A stretch of 64,000 nucleotides of DNA from Acetobacteraceae bacterium (GTDB lineage Bacteria; Pseudomonadota; Alphaproteobacteria; Acetobacterales; Acetobacteraceae). The notes below the pieces were generated by a model, which was not told the DNA's origin, searched no databases, and saw only the letters and a program-made list of their open reading frames with translations. The DNA lies in assembly GCA_035492535.1 (NCBI GenBank), contig DATJJM010000362.1, positions 12,241 through 76,240 on the forward strand, in the 5' to 3' direction. The stretch's first letter is position 1. The number at the start of each line of letters is the position of its first letter. Position numbers and translations under genes: made by a program. Shown piece after piece: positions 1 through 11,158 of the stretch.

Positions 1-791
1 CGTGCCAGATCATTGGTGACATGCATGCCGCCAATCGGAAGCTGTGCAGTGTGCAGTAGTTGGTTCTCGGCGAACACTGCCATGCCGGTGGTCCCGCCGC
101 CCATGTCGATCACAGTGGAACCGAGCTCGCGCTCGTCATCCACTAGCGTCGCCAACCCCGCCGCCATCGGCGCCGACACCAGTTCGGCGATGTCCAGATC
201 GCAGCGGGCAATGCACGCGCCAAGCGAACGCAGCGCGGTGGACGACGCGTCAACAATATGCAGCCGCGCCGTCAGTTCCTCGCAGAACAACCCACGCGGA
301 TCGGCAACGTGATCTGTCTGATCCACAGAGAACGTCAGAGGCAGTGCATGAATCACTTCCCGCCCGTCTGCGGCGGCGCGGTAGCGACCTTCGTTCACCA
401 CGCGGCGAATGTCGTGTTCCTCGACTGCACGGCCACCTACAGGCCACTGCACATTGAACAGTCGCGATTCCGGTTGCCCGCACGTCAGGTTGACAATGAC
501 CGTGCGCAACTGCGTATCGGCCATATCCTCTGCCTGGCCGACGCAGGCCCGGATCGCGCGCTCGGCTTCATCAAGATCGACGATCGATCCGCCACGAACG
601 CCACGCCCACGATGCCAGCCGAACCCGAGCGCACGCAATGTGCCATCGCTTTCGGTGCGCCCGATCAGGCACGCAATCTTGGTCGTGCCGATGTCGAGCA
701 CGCCGAATGGCCCTGATCGGCCATGCCGCGTACGTGCCGGCTCAGCGGGCTCTATTGGAGGCGGCAACACGGGGCGCGACATATTGTTCAT
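1..791 (-). CDS. ftsA: Cell division protein FtsA, N-terminal ~263 codons (gene runs off the left edge of the window)
   Basis: Absent from the ORF track because it is open at the window edge. My translation of the minus strand from ATG 791-789 gives MNNMSRPV...GPFGVLDIGTTKIACLIGR...STVIDMGGGTTGMAVF...LPIGGMHVTNDLA, matching actin-like FtsA phosphate-binding motifs. ATGA overlap with the ftsQ stop. Expected position after ftsQ. Confidence 0.9.
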   Translation of the reverse strand, partial: MNNMSRPVLPPPIEPAEPARTRHGRSGPFGVLDIGTTKIACLIGRTESDGTLRALGFGWHRGRGVRGGSIVDLDEAERAIRACVGQAEDMADTQLRTVIVNLTCGQPESRLFNVQWPVGGRAVEEHDIRRVVNEGRYRAAADGREVIHALPLTFSVDQTDHVADPRGLFCEELTARLHIVDASSTALRSLGACIARCDLDIAELVSAPMAAGLATLVDDERELGSTVIDMGGGTTGMAVFAENQLLHTAQLPIGGMHVTNDLA

Positions 792-1651
792 GACGGCTTC
801 TTCTCGTCCGGCCGCGGACGCACCACGAGCCGATCGCCCAGCCGCATATCAATCGCGACAAGCGGCCGATCGAGCAGTTCATGCTGCTGCTGAAGCTGCA
901 TCAGCCGATCAATCGCCTCGACGGCATGGCCTTCCGGCAACATTACACTGGTGCCGTTGGTCATCTGGAGGTTCCACCGCCGCTCGGCCACGCGCACCGC
1001 GGCGACGATGCGCTTCTGCAAGTCCGGCCTGTCAGTCAGCGCATCGACCAGCTTGGCTGCGGCGGCGGGCGCGCCAGGACCGACGACAAGCGGAAGTTGA
1101 CGAAAATCCGCGACGTTCTGGTTGGCGACGACCTGGCCGTTGCGGTCAATCAGCATGAACTTGCCCTGGTTCTGCCAGATGGCGAACGGGCGCCGCTCCT
1201 TGAGATAGACCACAACGGTTCCGGGAAGCTGGCGTTCGACGGTGGCCTGTTCCACCCAGGACAGCGATTCGATCCGCTGCCTCGCCAGTTCGACAGAAAA
1301 ACCAAGAATCGGATCGCCTCGGTTTACGCCAATCGCTGCGCGCAGCAGCGGCTCAGGCGTATTGGCCCGGCCCTGGATCACCACGTCTGTCACGCGCAAG
1401 CCGGCGAACGCCGTGACGCCACCAAGCCGTTCGCGCAACGTCGCGACCGTGCTGCCCGGCGCAGCCGATCGCGCCACAGCCAGCCCGATCAACAGCACGA
1501 ACAGCGCGAACACCATCCAGCCGGAGGGGCGCAGGAATTTTCGTTGCCGCCGCAGCCAAAGCTTCCAGCGCCCTGGCCGATCAGTGACCGAATTGCGGGG
1601 ATTGCGCCGGGCTACGCGCGGCATGTCGCGTTCTCCACCATCCAGGCGCAA
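788..1651 (-). CDS. ftsQ: Cell division protein FtsQ (bitopic, POTRA domain)
   Basis: 287-aa ORF. Basic N-terminus, TM segment WMVFALFVLLIGLAVA, then a POTRA-like LRVTDVVIQGRANTPEPLL. Lies between ddl and ftsA. The real start may be the internal Met at 1624. Confidence 0.85.
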   Translation of the reverse strand: MRLDGGERDMPRVARRNPRNSVTDRPGRWKLWLRRQRKFLRPSGWMVFALFVLLIGLAVARSAAPGSTVATLRERLGGVTAFAGLRVTDVVIQGRANTPEPLLRAAIGVNRGDPILGFSVELARQRIESLSWVEQATVERQLPGTVVVYLKERRPFAIWQNQGKFMLIDRNGQVVANQNVADFRQLPLVVGPGAPAAAAKLVDALTDRPDLQKRIVAAVRVAERRWNLQMTNGTSVMLPEGHAVEAIDRLMQLQQQHELLDRPLVAIDMRLGDRLVVRPRPDEKKPS

Positions 1652-2532
1652 AGCTGCGAGAAATTCATGCCGTGATGCGCGGCCTGCTCCGGCAGCAGTG
1701 ACGTTGGCGTCAGGCCGGGCTGCGTGTTCAGCTCCAGAAGCACCAGCCGCCCCGGCTCGCCGGCTGTATCGTCATAGCGGAAGTCGCAGCGTGTGGCGCC
1801 GCGGCAACCAAGCGCGCGATGGGCGGAAAGCGCCACGCTGAGGGCGCGATCGTAGCTATCGGCGTGGATACGCGCCGGAATCACATGGCGCGACCCGCCA
1901 TCGGCGTACTTCGACTCGTAATCATAGAAGACGCCGGCATCGGCGATGATCTCGGTCACGGCTAGGGCGCGGTCACCCATCACCGCCACAGTCAGTTCGC
2001 GCCCAGGGATGTACTCCTCGACCAACGCCGCGCTGCCGAACCGCCATGATCGCGCAACCTCAGCGCGTCGATTGTCGCCAGTGCGAATGATCTCCACACC
2101 CACCGACGAACCTTCGTCGATCGGCTTCACCACATAAGGCAGCGGCAGAGGATCGGCTGCCTCCAGTTCTTCCGTCGGCACAACGCGTCCGCGCGGCACG
2201 GGCAATCCTGCCGCAGTGAACACGGCCTTGGCGGCAACCTTGTCCATTGCGAGCGCCGATGCACGGACGCCCGAGTGCGTATAGGGGATGGCAAGCCAAT
2301 CCAGCACGCCCTGGATCGCTCCATCCTCGCCAAAGCGGCCGTGCAACGCATTGAACACCGCATCAGGACGCGGAGTGAGAGCGGCGATGACAGCCATGAG
2401 GTCTTCGCCGACTTCGATCGGCGTCACGTCGAAACCCGCCTCGCGCAGCGCCGGCATCACCTGCATGCCAGTGGACAGGCTGACTTCGCGTTCCGCCGAG
2501 ATGCCGCCATACAGAACCGCGACACGGGTCAT
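1612..2532 (-). CDS. ddl: D-alanine--D-alanine ligase
   Basis: The ORF track gives 1612..2688, but the first 52 codons overlap murB. Start placed at ATG 2532 ([19 protein letters not shown]), which makes an ATGA overlap with the murB stop. ATP-grasp Ddl motifs present (EEYIPGRELTVAVMG, LELNTQPGLT). Confidence 0.9.
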   Translation of the reverse strand: MTRVAVLYGGISAEREVSLSTGMQVMPALREAGFDVTPIEVGEDLMAVIAALTPRPDAVFNALHGRFGEDGAIQGVLDWLAIPYTHSGVRASALAMDKVAAKAVFTAAGLPVPRGRVVPTEELEAADPLPLPYVVKPIDEGSSVGVEIIRTGDNRRAEVARSWRFGSAALVEEYIPGRELTVAVMGDRALAVTEIIADAGVFYDYESKYADGGSRHVIPARIHADSYDRALSVALSAHRALGCRGATRCDFRYDDTAGEPGRLVLLELNTQPGLTPTSLLPEQAAHHGMNFSQLCAWMVENATCRA

Positions 2533-3470
2533 GCCACCGCCTCCGGCTTGCCCGCTGGTATGCCCATGCGATGGATTTCCCACTCCAGTGTCACGCCGGT
2601 GGCGGCATGCACCCGACGCCGCACTTCCTCGCCGAGACCTTCGATATCCGCCGCCGTTGCCGAGCCCGTGTTGATCAGGAAGTTGCAATGCTTCTCCGAC
2701 ACCTGGGCGCCGCCGCGTGTCAGCCCCCGACAGCCGGCGGCATCAATGAGTTCCCAAGCCTTCATGTCCGGCGGGTTGCGGAACGTCGACCCGCCGGTAC
2801 GCGCCCGGATCGGCTGCGAAGCTTCCCGCGCAGTGCGGATCTCCGCCATGCGGGCGGCAATCGTCCGAGGCTCGCCAATCTGCGCGCGCAGTCGAACCCG
2901 CACGACGACGGCGCCATGCGGCAGGCGGGAACGGCGATAGGCAAACGAGAGATCGGCAGCAGTCAGGCGAAGCTGATCACCGCTGCGGGTAACGACATCG
3001 GCCCAATCCAGAACGGCCGCCATGTCGCCGCCATAGGCGCCACCATTCATTACCACGGCGCCGCCGATGCTGCCCGGAATACCTGAGAGGAACTCAAGTC
3101 CTGTCAGTCCCGCAGAGGCAGCATGCTCCGCCACCGTCATATCCAATGCGGCCGCTCCCGCAATCACACCGTCGGTTTCGGTGGTGATGGTGCTGAACCC
3201 GCGCGCCAGCCGCAGCACCACGCCAGGCAAGCCGCCATCGCGAATGATCAGGTTCGAACAGGCCGCAATCACGTGTACCGGCACGTCGGGCGGCAAGGCG
3301 CGGAGGAACTGTGCCAGGTCGGCCGCATCCGCCGGCCGCACCAGGGCTTCCGCCGGACCACCAACGCGAAACCAGGTGAACGGTGCCAGCGGCGCGTTCA
3401 TCTGCACGCGCCCCCGCAGCGACGGCAGCGTATCGACAAATGTCGGTATGGCGGCCGCGGCCATCATCAT
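2529..3470 (-). CDS. murB: UDP-N-acetylenolpyruvoylglucosamine reductase
   Basis: 313 aa. FAD-binding N-terminus ([16 protein letters not shown]) and MurB C-terminal motifs ([22 protein letters not shown]). dcw synteny. Confidence 0.9.
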   Translation of the reverse strand: MMMAAAAIPTFVDTLPSLRGRVQMNAPLAPFTWFRVGGPAEALVRPADAADLAQFLRALPPDVPVHVIAACSNLIIRDGGLPGVVLRLARGFSTITTETDGVIAGAAALDMTVAEHAASAGLTGLEFLSGIPGSIGGAVVMNGGAYGGDMAAVLDWADVVTRSGDQLRLTAADLSFAYRRSRLPHGAVVVRVRLRAQIGEPRTIAARMAEIRTAREASQPIRARTGGSTFRNPPDMKAWELIDAAGCRGLTRGGAQVSEKHCNFLINTGSATAADIEGLGEEVRRRVHAATGVTLEWEIHRMGIPAGKPEAVA

Positions 3471-4900
3471 GCCGCGCTCCCCGAAACACGGCGCTGCTGT
3501 AGCTCGTGCAGCTCACCTGGCAGCGCCGCCGCCCAATGCGTGATGTTGCCAGCCCCCAGGCACATGACGAAATCGCCCGGCTTGGCAATGGCGTAGACCA
3601 TCTCTGCCAGCCGCGCCGGCGACGGCAGCGGCACCACACTGCGGTGCCCGCGCGCGCGCAGCCCATCCACCAGCGCGTCTCGCGTCACCCCCGGTATCGG
3701 CGGTTCGCCGGCCGGGTAGATGTCGGCAACAATCACTGTGCCCGCATCGTTCATGCAGGTGCAGAATTCGTTGAACAGCGACTGCAAGCGGCTAAAGCGA
3801 TGCGGCTGTATCACCGCGATCACGTCGCGCGCGCCTGCCTGGCGCGCAGCCTTCAACGTCGCGGCGATCTCCACCGGATGATGCCCATAGTCATCGATGA
3901 TGGTTATGCCACCCGCTTCGCCTGTTTTGGTGAAGCGCCGCTTCACCCCGCCAAACCCGGCGAACGCACTGCGCAGCGTGTCGTCGTCGATTTCCATTTC
4001 GACGCCGACGGCCACCGCCGCCAAAGCGTTCTGCACATTGTGCGCACCCAACATCGGCAGCCGATAAGGCCCCAGCTTGCGCGCACGGTTCCGAGCCCGA
4101 TCGGTGACAATGACCTCGAACGTGGAACCGAGCTTGTCCGGCAACACGCGATCCGCACGAACATCGGCCTGCGGCGAGAACCCGTAAGTGATGATCCGCC
4201 GATCAGACAGGCGCGGAATCATCTGCTGGACTGCCGGATGATCGATGCATAGCACGGCGAAGCCATAGAACGGTACGTTGCCGACGAACTGGTCGTAGCC
4301 GGCGACCATCGCCTCGGGCGTCCCCCAATGATCCAGATGTTCAGGGTCCATGTTGGTGACAACGGCAATCACTGCTGGCAGCCGCAGGAAGCTGCCGTCA
4401 CTCTCATCTGCCTCGACCACCATCCAGTCGCCGGCGCCAAGCCGCGTATTGGTGTTATAGGCGTTGATGATGCCGCCATTGATCACTGTGGGATCCAGAC
4501 GGGCGGCCTCAAGTACTGCCGCGATCATGCTCGTCGTCGTGGTCTTACCGTGCGTGCCGCCGATGGCGATCGACCATTTCAGTCGCATCAGCTCCGCAAG
4601 CATTTCGGCGCGCCGCACCACCGGGATCAGCCGGGCGCGCGCCGTGGCCACTTCCGGATTGTCCGCCTTCACCGCCGACGAGACCACCACGACCTGCGCA
4701 TTCCCCAGATTCGCTGCGTCGTGGCCCACGGCCACGGGAATGCCCGAATCACGCAGCCGCCGAACATTGGCAGACTCAGCGATATCGCTGCCCTGCACGG
4801 CGTAGCCAAGATTGTGCAGCACCTCGGCGATGCCCGACATGCCGATGCCACCGATGCCGACGAAATGGATGGTGCCGATAGAGAGAGGCAGTGCTCTCAT
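3467..4900 (-). CDS. murC: UDP-N-acetylmuramate--L-alanine ligase
   Basis: 477 aa. [19 protein letters not shown]-terminus and Mur ligase P-loop [17 protein letters not shown] overlaps on both sides. Confidence 0.95.
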   Translation of the reverse strand: MRALPLSIGTIHFVGIGGIGMSGIAEVLHNLGYAVQGSDIAESANVRRLRDSGIPVAVGHDAANLGNAQVVVVSSAVKADNPEVATARARLIPVVRRAEMLAELMRLKWSIAIGGTHGKTTTTSMIAAVLEAARLDPTVINGGIINAYNTNTRLGAGDWMVVEADESDGSFLRLPAVIAVVTNMDPEHLDHWGTPEAMVAGYDQFVGNVPFYGFAVLCIDHPAVQQMIPRLSDRRIITYGFSPQADVRADRVLPDKLGSTFEVIVTDRARNRARKLGPYRLPMLGAHNVQNALAAVAVGVEMEIDDDTLRSAFAGFGGVKRRFTKTGEAGGITIIDDYGHHPVEIAATLKAARQAGARDVIAVIQPHRFSRLQSLFNEFCTCMNDAGTVIVADIYPAGEPPIPGVTRDALVDGLRARGHRSVVPLPSPARLAEMVYAIAKPGDFVMCLGAGNITHWAAALPGELHELQQRRVSGSAA

Positions 4901-6000
4901 GCGTGCACCTCCTGGCGCATAAACTGTTCGACCACGTCGGCCAGTCGTGCCGCCGCATCCCCGCGTGCAATCGAATGGGCTGCGAGTGCAGCGTGATTCA
5001 GCATATCGGGCGACGCCAGCAATGCAGCGAGCCGATCACGTAGCGTATCCGGTGTGAAGTCACGTTGCGCGATCGCTGATGCGCCACGTGCATCGGCCAG
5101 TGCTCGCGCATTGGCTGATTGATGATCGTCGATCGCACCAGGCAGCGGCACCAGGATGGCTGGCCGTCCTGCAACGGCCAGTTCAGCGACCGTTGAAGCT
5201 CCCGCGCGCGCGATCACCAGGTGCGCCGCCGACAATCGTTCCGCCACATCCGGGAAGAACGTGGCAAGCTCCGCAGTGATCCCGGCCGCATGATATGCGG
5301 CATGCACCCGGTCCAGGTCCTCCGCGCGGCACTGCTGCACGACGGATAGCCGCATCCGTATCGTCTCGGGCAGCGCAACCAAGGTGGGCGGCACAACATC
5401 GCTGAACACGCGCGCACCAAGGGAGCCGCCCAGCACCAGCAGCCGAAGCTCATCGTGCGGAGGCGAGTAAGGGATCGCCTGGATCGCCGGCCGTACTGGA
5501 TTACCCGTCACGACCGTCGCCGCCGTCTCCGGCACGCGCTCAGTCCCGGCGAAGCTGAGCGCCAGGATATCCGCGTGCCGCGCCAGGAAACGGTTCGCGC
5601 GCCCCAGCACTGCGTTCTGCTCATGCAGAACGACCGACGGGCGCCGCGGCATCAGCTTCGTCGCCAGTACCGGTGCAACGCACGGATATCCGCCAAACCC
5701 CACCACTGCCGCAGCGTTGCAGCGCGCCAGAATGCGCCGCGCCTGCATGACGCCGCGTGCGAGTGACAGCGCCGCATTGCCGGCGCGCCAGCCGCGCCCG
5801 GCAATGCCGGCGCCACTGATCACGTACTGGTCCAGCCCCGCGAACACCGGACTTTGCAGGCCGCTCGACCGCGTATCGGTCATCAGCGCAACTCGCCGCC
5901 CGCGCGCCAGCAATTCGCTCGCCAGCGCCTCGGCCGGGAAGAAGTGTCCACCTGTGCCGCCTGCGGCGATCATGATGGGAAACACTGCCGGCCCCCTCAT
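4897..6000 (-). CDS. murG: Undecaprenyldiphospho-muramoylpentapeptide beta-N-acetylglucosaminyltransferase
   Basis: 367 aa. G-loop [21 protein letters not shown]28 family. dcw synteny. Confidence 0.95.
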   Translation of the reverse strand: MRGPAVFPIMIAAGGTGGHFFPAEALASELLARGRRVALMTDTRSSGLQSPVFAGLDQYVISGAGIAGRGWRAGNAALSLARGVMQARRILARCNAAAVVGFGGYPCVAPVLATKLMPRRPSVVLHEQNAVLGRANRFLARHADILALSFAGTERVPETAATVVTGNPVRPAIQAIPYSPPHDELRLLVLGGSLGARVFSDVVPPTLVALPETIRMRLSVVQQCRAEDLDRVHAAYHAAGITAELATFFPDVAERLSAAHLVIARAGASTVAELAVAGRPAILVPLPGAIDDHQSANARALADARGASAIAQRDFTPDTLRDRLAALLASPDMLNHAALAAHSIARGDAAARLADVVEQFMRQEVHA

Positions 6001-7124
6001 GGCACGTCGCCGTGATGGCGCCGGCGCGTCAGAGCCAGCAGCATGCCCATGCCCAGCGCAATCGCCAACGCCGACGAACCGCCATAGGAGATGAACGGCA
6101 AGGTCATCCCCTTTGTCGGAATCAGTTGCAGCGACGACGCCATGTTGACAAACGCCTGAAGGCCAAAGCCGGTGACGAGGCCGGTGCAGGACAGCAAGAT
6201 GAACAAGTCCTGCTCCCTCAGCAGCCGCAGCAGACCCCGCAGCACGATGAAGCCGAACACAGCAATGATGGCGAGGCAGATGATCATGCCGAATTCCTCG
6301 CCCGCCACCGCGAACACGAAATCTGCATGTGCGTCAGGCAAAATGTCCTTGACTCGACCCTCGCCAGGTCCACGCCCGAGCAGGCCACCATTGCCGAATG
6401 CTTCCAGCGCGGTACGCGGCTGGTAGTCGACCCCGAGGCCGGTTCCCGGATGCAGAAATTCCTGCACGCGCCTCTGGACGTGCGAGAAGAACATGTAGGC
6501 GCCGACGCCGGCGAATCCGAAGGCCACCAGCGCGAAGCCAACCAGGATCAGGTTCAGACCGTCGACGTAAAGCTGAACGAAGAACACCGCGGTGATCACC
6601 GCCAGCATCCCGACGTCCGGCTGCGACTTCAGCAGCAGCGCGATCATGGCAAAGACGCCGATGGCCAGCAGCTTGCCGGGGAACCGCGGCGTCCGGCGCC
6701 CCTCGCTGATCAGCCAGGCCGCGACGATGGCAAAGCAGGGCTTCAGGAATTCGGACGGCTGCACCGACATCCCTGGCAGCGCGATCCAGCGGCGCGCACC
6801 CTTGATCTCGACCCCAGTCGCCAGCGTACCGGCAGTCAGCACCAGGGCGATCATGCAGCCGATGATCGCCAAGCGACGAATGGACCTCGGCGACAGCAGG
6901 GACACGCTGATGACGACTGCCCCTGCCGCAGCGAGGAAAAACACCTGCTTCAGGATGAACAGGTCGCGTGACGTGCCAATGTGCTCCGCAACCGCGGGGC
7001 TGGCCGCCAGCATCATGACGTAGCCAAAGCCAATGAGTATGCCGACAGCGCCGAGCGTCCAGCGGTCCACGGTCCACCACCAACGGCCCAGAACAGAATT
7101 GTCAGCGCGAGAAAGAGTCGGCAT
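5997..7124 (-). CDS. ftsW: SEDS-family peptidoglycan glycosyltransferase / lipid II flippase FtsW
   Basis: 375-aa polytopic membrane protein with the C-terminal SEDS motif LQLIPTKGMTLPFISYGGSS. ATGA overlap with murG. Confidence 0.9.
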   Translation of the reverse strand: MPTLSRADNSVLGRWWWTVDRWTLGAVGILIGFGYVMMLAASPAVAEHIGTSRDLFILKQVFFLAAAGAVVISVSLLSPRSIRRLAIIGCMIALVLTAGTLATGVEIKGARRWIALPGMSVQPSEFLKPCFAIVAAWLISEGRRTPRFPGKLLAIGVFAMIALLLKSQPDVGMLAVITAVFFVQLYVDGLNLILVGFALVAFGFAGVGAYMFFSHVQRRVQEFLHPGTGLGVDYQPRTALEAFGNGGLLGRGPGEGRVKDILPDAHADFVFAVAGEEFGMIICLAIIAVFGFIVLRGLLRLLREQDLFILLSCTGLVTGFGLQAFVNMASSLQLIPTKGMTLPFISYGGSSALAIALGMGMLLALTRRRHHGDVP

Positions 7125-7194
7125 CAGGCAAGCCCTGCCAGCGAAGCTTCCGCATCGAAGCCGAGCATTGCGATTCGAGACAACTGTGTCTGAG

Positions 7195-8283
7195 TCATCG
7201 GATCTTCAACGTCGCCAGACCGACCAGCGCGAGGATCATCGAGATGATCCAGAACCGGATCACGATGGTTGGCTCCGACCAGCCTTTCTTCTCGAAGTGA
7301 TGATGCAGCGGCGCCATCAGGAACACGCGGCGTCCCGTGCGTTTGTACCAGAACACCTGAATGATGACGGAAACCGTCTCAACGACGAACAGCCCCCCAA
7401 CGACGAGCAGTACGATCTCGTGTTTCGTCGCAACGGCAACCGCTCCCAGTGCGCCGCCCAGGGCAAGCGATCCGGTATCTCCCATGAAAACCGCTGCCGG
7501 CGGCGCATTGAACCAGAGGAATCCGAGTCCCGCGCCAATCAACGCAGAGCAAAATACCGCAAGTTCGCCAACCCCAGGTACGGGGTTCAGTTGCAGGTAG
7601 TCGGCGAAGATGCGATTTCCGACCAGATACGCGATCAGCGAAAACACACCCGCGCAGATGATGGTCGGCACGATCGCAAGGCCGTCCAGGCCGTCCGTCA
7701 AATTGACTGCGTTCGATGCGCCCAGCATCACCAGCATGCCGAACACGGGAAACAGAAAGCCGAGCTGGAGCAGCACTTCCTTGAACACCGGAATGGCAAC
7801 CGACGTCGCGAGCGCGCCGCGCGTAAGCTGCATCAGCCAGATCGCCGCGACCAGCCCGATCATTGTCTGCGCGATCAGCTTGATCTTCGGCGATACGCCC
7901 TTGTGGTTCTGCCGCGACAGTTTCATGTAATCGTCGGCAAACCCCAGCGCGCCGTAGCCGAGCGTGACGAACAGCACCGCCCACACATAAAGGTTGCGCA
8001 GGTCGACCCACAGCAATGTGGAGATCGACAGCGCGAACAGGATCAGCACACCGCCCATCGTAGGCGTGCCCTTCTTGTCCACCAGATGCCGCTCCGGCCC
8101 ATCCGTCCTGATTGGCTGGCCATTACGCTGCAACGACCGCAACCACCGGATCACCGTTGGCCCAAGGATAAAGCTGACAACCAGCGCCGTCAGGCACGCC
8201 GCGCCCGAACGGAACGTGATGTAGCGAACCAGATTGAACAGGATGAACTGGTTGGCAAACGGTCGCGCGAGATCGAACAGCAT
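7195..8283 (-). CDS. mraY: Phospho-N-acetylmuramoyl-pentapeptide transferase
   Basis: 362 aa. Motifs [22 protein letters not shown] and [12 protein letters not shown]. Confidence 0.95.
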   Translation of the reverse strand: MLFDLARPFANQFILFNLVRYITFRSGAACLTALVVSFILGPTVIRWLRSLQRNGQPIRTDGPERHLVDKKGTPTMGGVLILFALSISTLLWVDLRNLYVWAVLFVTLGYGALGFADDYMKLSRQNHKGVSPKIKLIAQTMIGLVAAIWLMQLTRGALATSVAIPVFKEVLLQLGFLFPVFGMLVMLGASNAVNLTDGLDGLAIVPTIICAGVFSLIAYLVGNRIFADYLQLNPVPGVGELAVFCSALIGAGLGFLWFNAPPAAVFMGDTGSLALGGALGAVAVATKHEIVLLVVGGLFVVETVSVIIQVFWYKRTGRRVFLMAPLHHHFEKKGWSEPTIVIRFWIISMILALVGLATLKIR

Positions 8284-9665
8284 TACGCCGCCTCCGCATG
8301 CTGCTCGAGCGCGTTGATTACCAGTTTCATCCGGCTGCCGAGGCTACCTTTCACCAGGATCGCATCGCCCGGACTCACTGCCCTGGCCAACAGCGGTGCC
8401 AACGAAGCGGCGTCGGCCGCATGGGCGGTGCGCATCGACTCTGGCACCGCCGCAAACAACTCGGCCATCAACGGCCCACACGCGAAAAGCTGATCGGCCG
8501 CTGCGGCCACGTCGGCGCCAAGCGCCCGGTGTTCCTCGCGCGCTGCATCGCCCAGTTCGAGCATGTCGCCCAACACCGCGATCCGCCGCGGTGCCGGCTG
8601 TAAACGCAGGACGGCAAGCGCGGCCCGGATCGAAGCCGGGTTGCCATTGTAACTTTCGTCCAGCAGCAGCGCCGTGCCACCTGGCACCTGGATCAGCCGA
8701 CGGACCCCGCGGCCCGCTACCGGAGCGAAATCCTCGAGGGTCCGGGCAATGCGGCTGGCGACCTCCGGCGGACACATCGTCAGTTCGATCGCGCCCGCGA
8801 TTGCCGCGAGTGCGTTGATAGCCATGTGCCGCCCCGGCGCATTCAATCGGAACCGTATCGCCCGGCCACGAACCTCCGCCGCCACGTCGCTGCCATCTGC
8901 GTCGGAGGCGATCGCCGTCAGCCGCGCATCCGCCCCGGCCGCAGCGCCGAAGGTGACGATGCGCGCTTTCCCAGCCGCTGCACGCAACCGCGGCAACAGC
9001 GGTGAGTCGGCTGGCAGTACGGCGACCCCGCCTGGCTCCAGCCCGCGCAGGAGCTGCGCCTTCTCATCGGCGATCGCCTCGATGGAGCCGAGATACCCGA
9101 TATGCGCCTTCTCCACCGCGGTGATCACGGCAACATGCGGCCTGGCAAGATTGGCCAGCGGTGCGATTTCGCCAGGATGGTTCATGCCGATCTCGGCGAC
9201 GCAGAACGCGGCGCCAGGCGGCAAGCGTGCCAGTGTCAGCGGCAAGCCCCAGTGATTGTTGTAGGATGCGACCGCGGCATGCGTTTGGCCGAACGCCGCC
9301 AGAATCGCGCGCAGCATTTCCTTGGTTGTGGTCTTGCCGACGCTGCCGGTCACTGCGATCAGCCGGCCGCCAAACCGCATCCGCGCGAACCCGCCAAGCC
9401 GGTGCAGCCCGGCCAGCGTATCGTCCACCAGCAGCAGGCGGCTCGAGTCCGGCACGTCCCGATGCACCATCGCTCCCGCCGCGCTCTTCGCCATGGCGTC
9501 AGCCACGAAGGCATGCCCATCGCCGTTGTCGCCGTGCAGCGCGACGAACAGATCGCCTCCTGCCAGCGTCCTCGTATCAATGGAGACATCGTCAGCCGCG
9601 AACGGCGTATCCATTGCGCCGCCCGTCGCTTCCACCAGGTCATGCGGGGTCCAGAGCGCAGTCAT
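8283..9665 (-). CDS. murF: UDP-N-acetylmuramoyl-tripeptide--D-alanyl-D-alanine ligase
   Basis: 460 aa. Mur ligase P-loop [15 protein letters not shown]. 1-nt overlap with the mraY start and ATGA overlap with murE. Confidence 0.9.
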   Translation of the reverse strand: MTALWTPHDLVEATGGAMDTPFAADDVSIDTRTLAGGDLFVALHGDNGDGHAFVADAMAKSAAGAMVHRDVPDSSRLLLVDDTLAGLHRLGGFARMRFGGRLIAVTGSVGKTTTKEMLRAILAAFGQTHAAVASYNNHWGLPLTLARLPPGAAFCVAEIGMNHPGEIAPLANLARPHVAVITAVEKAHIGYLGSIEAIADEKAQLLRGLEPGGVAVLPADSPLLPRLRAAAGKARIVTFGAAAGADARLTAIASDADGSDVAAEVRGRAIRFRLNAPGRHMAINALAAIAGAIELTMCPPEVASRIARTLEDFAPVAGRGVRRLIQVPGGTALLLDESYNGNPASIRAALAVLRLQPAPRRIAVLGDMLELGDAAREEHRALGADVAAAADQLFACGPLMAELFAAVPESMRTAHAADAASLAPLLARAVSPGDAILVKGSLGSRMKLVINALEQHAEAA

Positions 9666-11158
9666 TGCACGGGGCTCGCTCCCATGGTGGGAGCGGATTG
9701 GGGCGCGGCGGTTCCCGCCAGCCGGCGCACCACGCTCACATCATCGAACGGAATAACCACGCTTCCGATACTCTGCCCCTGCTCATGCCCCTTGCCGGCA
9801 ACCGCCAGCACGTCGCCGGGCCCAAGCCCGTTCATCGCCTCGGCGATCGCCTGCTCCCGGTCGCCAACCTCGAGGCCGCCTGGGCACCCCGCCACCACGG
9901 CTGCCCGGATCACCGCCGGATCCTCGCTTCGCGGATTGTCGTCGGTGACGATCGCCACGTCCGCAAGCCGTGACGCCGCGGCTCCCATCAATGGCCGCTT
10001 GCCGCGGTCGCGGTCGCCGCCGGCACCGAACACAACGTGAAGCCGTCCTGCCGTATGCGGGCGGAGCGCGGCGAGCAACCGCTCCAGCGCATCCGGGGTA
10101 TGCGCGTAGTCCACGTAGACAGCCGCCCCGTTTGGCAGGCGGGCTGCCAGTTCCAGCCGCCCCCGCACTCCATGCAGCGCAGTCATCCGGTCAAGCGCCT
10201 CAGGCTCTCCAGTCACCATCGCCAGCGCCGCCGCCAACAGCGCATTATCAGCCTGGAAGCGCCCCGGCAGCGACAGCGCCAACTCCCGCGTCGCGCTCCC
10301 GATTTGCACTCGCAGCACTTGCCCATCGGGCCTCGGCTCCGCTGCCAGCAGCCGCATTGCCGTCCCGGCCTCGCCCACCGTGCGCAGCGATAGCCGCCGC
10401 CGCGCGGCAATCTCCGCCAACTCAGCCAATGTCACCGGGTCCATGTCACTGCTCGCAACCACCGGCGCCCCGGCGGGCAGCAGCTCATCGAACAGCCGCA
10501 GCTTGGCCGCCCGATATGCCGCCTCGGACCCATGGTAATCGAGATGGTCTCGCGTCAGGTTGGTAAACGCCCCTGCCGCCAGGCGCACCCCATCCAGCCG
10601 GAACTGATCCAGCCCGTGCGACGACGCCTCCATCGCGGCATGCTGCACTCCGCTACGCGCCAGCCGCGACAGCGTTTCCGCCAGCGTGACAGGGTCCGAA
10701 GTCGTCAGCCCGGGTCCTGGCTCGAATCCGGGCGCCATCAGCCCGAGGGTTCCGAGACTGGCCGCCGGCTTCCCACCCGCGGCCCAGATCTGCCGCAGGA
10801 ATTCCACCGTGCTCGTCTTGCCATTGGTACCGGTGACCGCGACCACGGTCCGTGGCTGCGGCCCCGCCAGCCCGGCGGCCAGCAGCGCCAGACGCCGTCG
10901 CGGTTCCGGATCCTCCAACAGCGGACGTGGCGGCACCCCGGGTGGCCAAGGTGTTCCCTGCGGCGCCAGAACGGCGACCGCGCCACGCGATACCGCTTCC
11001 GCGATGAACGCGCGGCCGTCAGCCCGGCTCCCGGGCAGCGCCGCGAACAGGAAGCCAGGTATCACCTGCCGACTGTCCGCCGTGATCCCGGCGATCTCCA
11101 TGCCGGCGGCATTTCGCCACAAAGGGGGCAGACGGGACATGAGGTCAGCGAGCCGCAA
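9662..11158 (-). CDS. murE: UDP-N-acetylmuramoyl-L-alanyl-D-glutamate--2,6-diaminopimelate ligase
   Basis: 498 aa. ITADSRQVIPGFLFAAL, P-loop VTGTNGKTST, and the DNPR motif (VTDDNPRSEDP) typical of meso-DAP-adding MurE. Confidence 0.9.
   Translation of the reverse strand: MRLADLMSRLPPLWRNAAGMEIAGITADSRQVIPGFLFAALPGSRADGRAFIAEAVSRGAVAVLAPQGTPWPPGVPPRPLLEDPEPRRRLALLAAGLAGPQPRTVVAVTGTNGKTSTVEFLRQIWAAGGKPAASLGTLGLMAPGFEPGPGLTTSDPVTLAETLSRLARSGVQHAAMEASSHGLDQFRLDGVRLAAGAFTNLTRDHLDYHGSEAAYRAAKLRLFDELLPAGAPVVASSDMDPVTLAELAEIAARRRLSLRTVGEAGTAMRLLAAEPRPDGQVLRVQIGSATRELALSLPGRFQADNALLAAALAMVTGEPEALDRMTALHGVRGRLELAARLPNGAAVYVDYAHTPDALERLLAALRPHTAGRLHVVFGAGGDRDRGKRPLMGAAASRLADVAIVTDDNPRSEDPAVIRAAVVAGCPGGLEVGDREQAIAEAMNGLGPGDVLAVAGKGHEQGQSIGSVVIPFDDVSVVRRLAGTAAPQSAPTMGASPVQ

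Noticed and set aside
2533-2688. N-terminal 52 codons of the ddl track ORF
   Set aside because: They overlap the murB 3' end, are G/R-rich and unlike Ddl. The ATG at 2532 gives the canonical [10 protein letters not shown] start and an ATGA overlap.
7033-8493. 486-aa plus-strand ORF
   Set aside because: It is antisense to mraY and murF, which carry unambiguous catalytic motifs. Its composition is R/Q/H/D-rich with no motif. This is a typical shadow ORF of high-G+C DNA.
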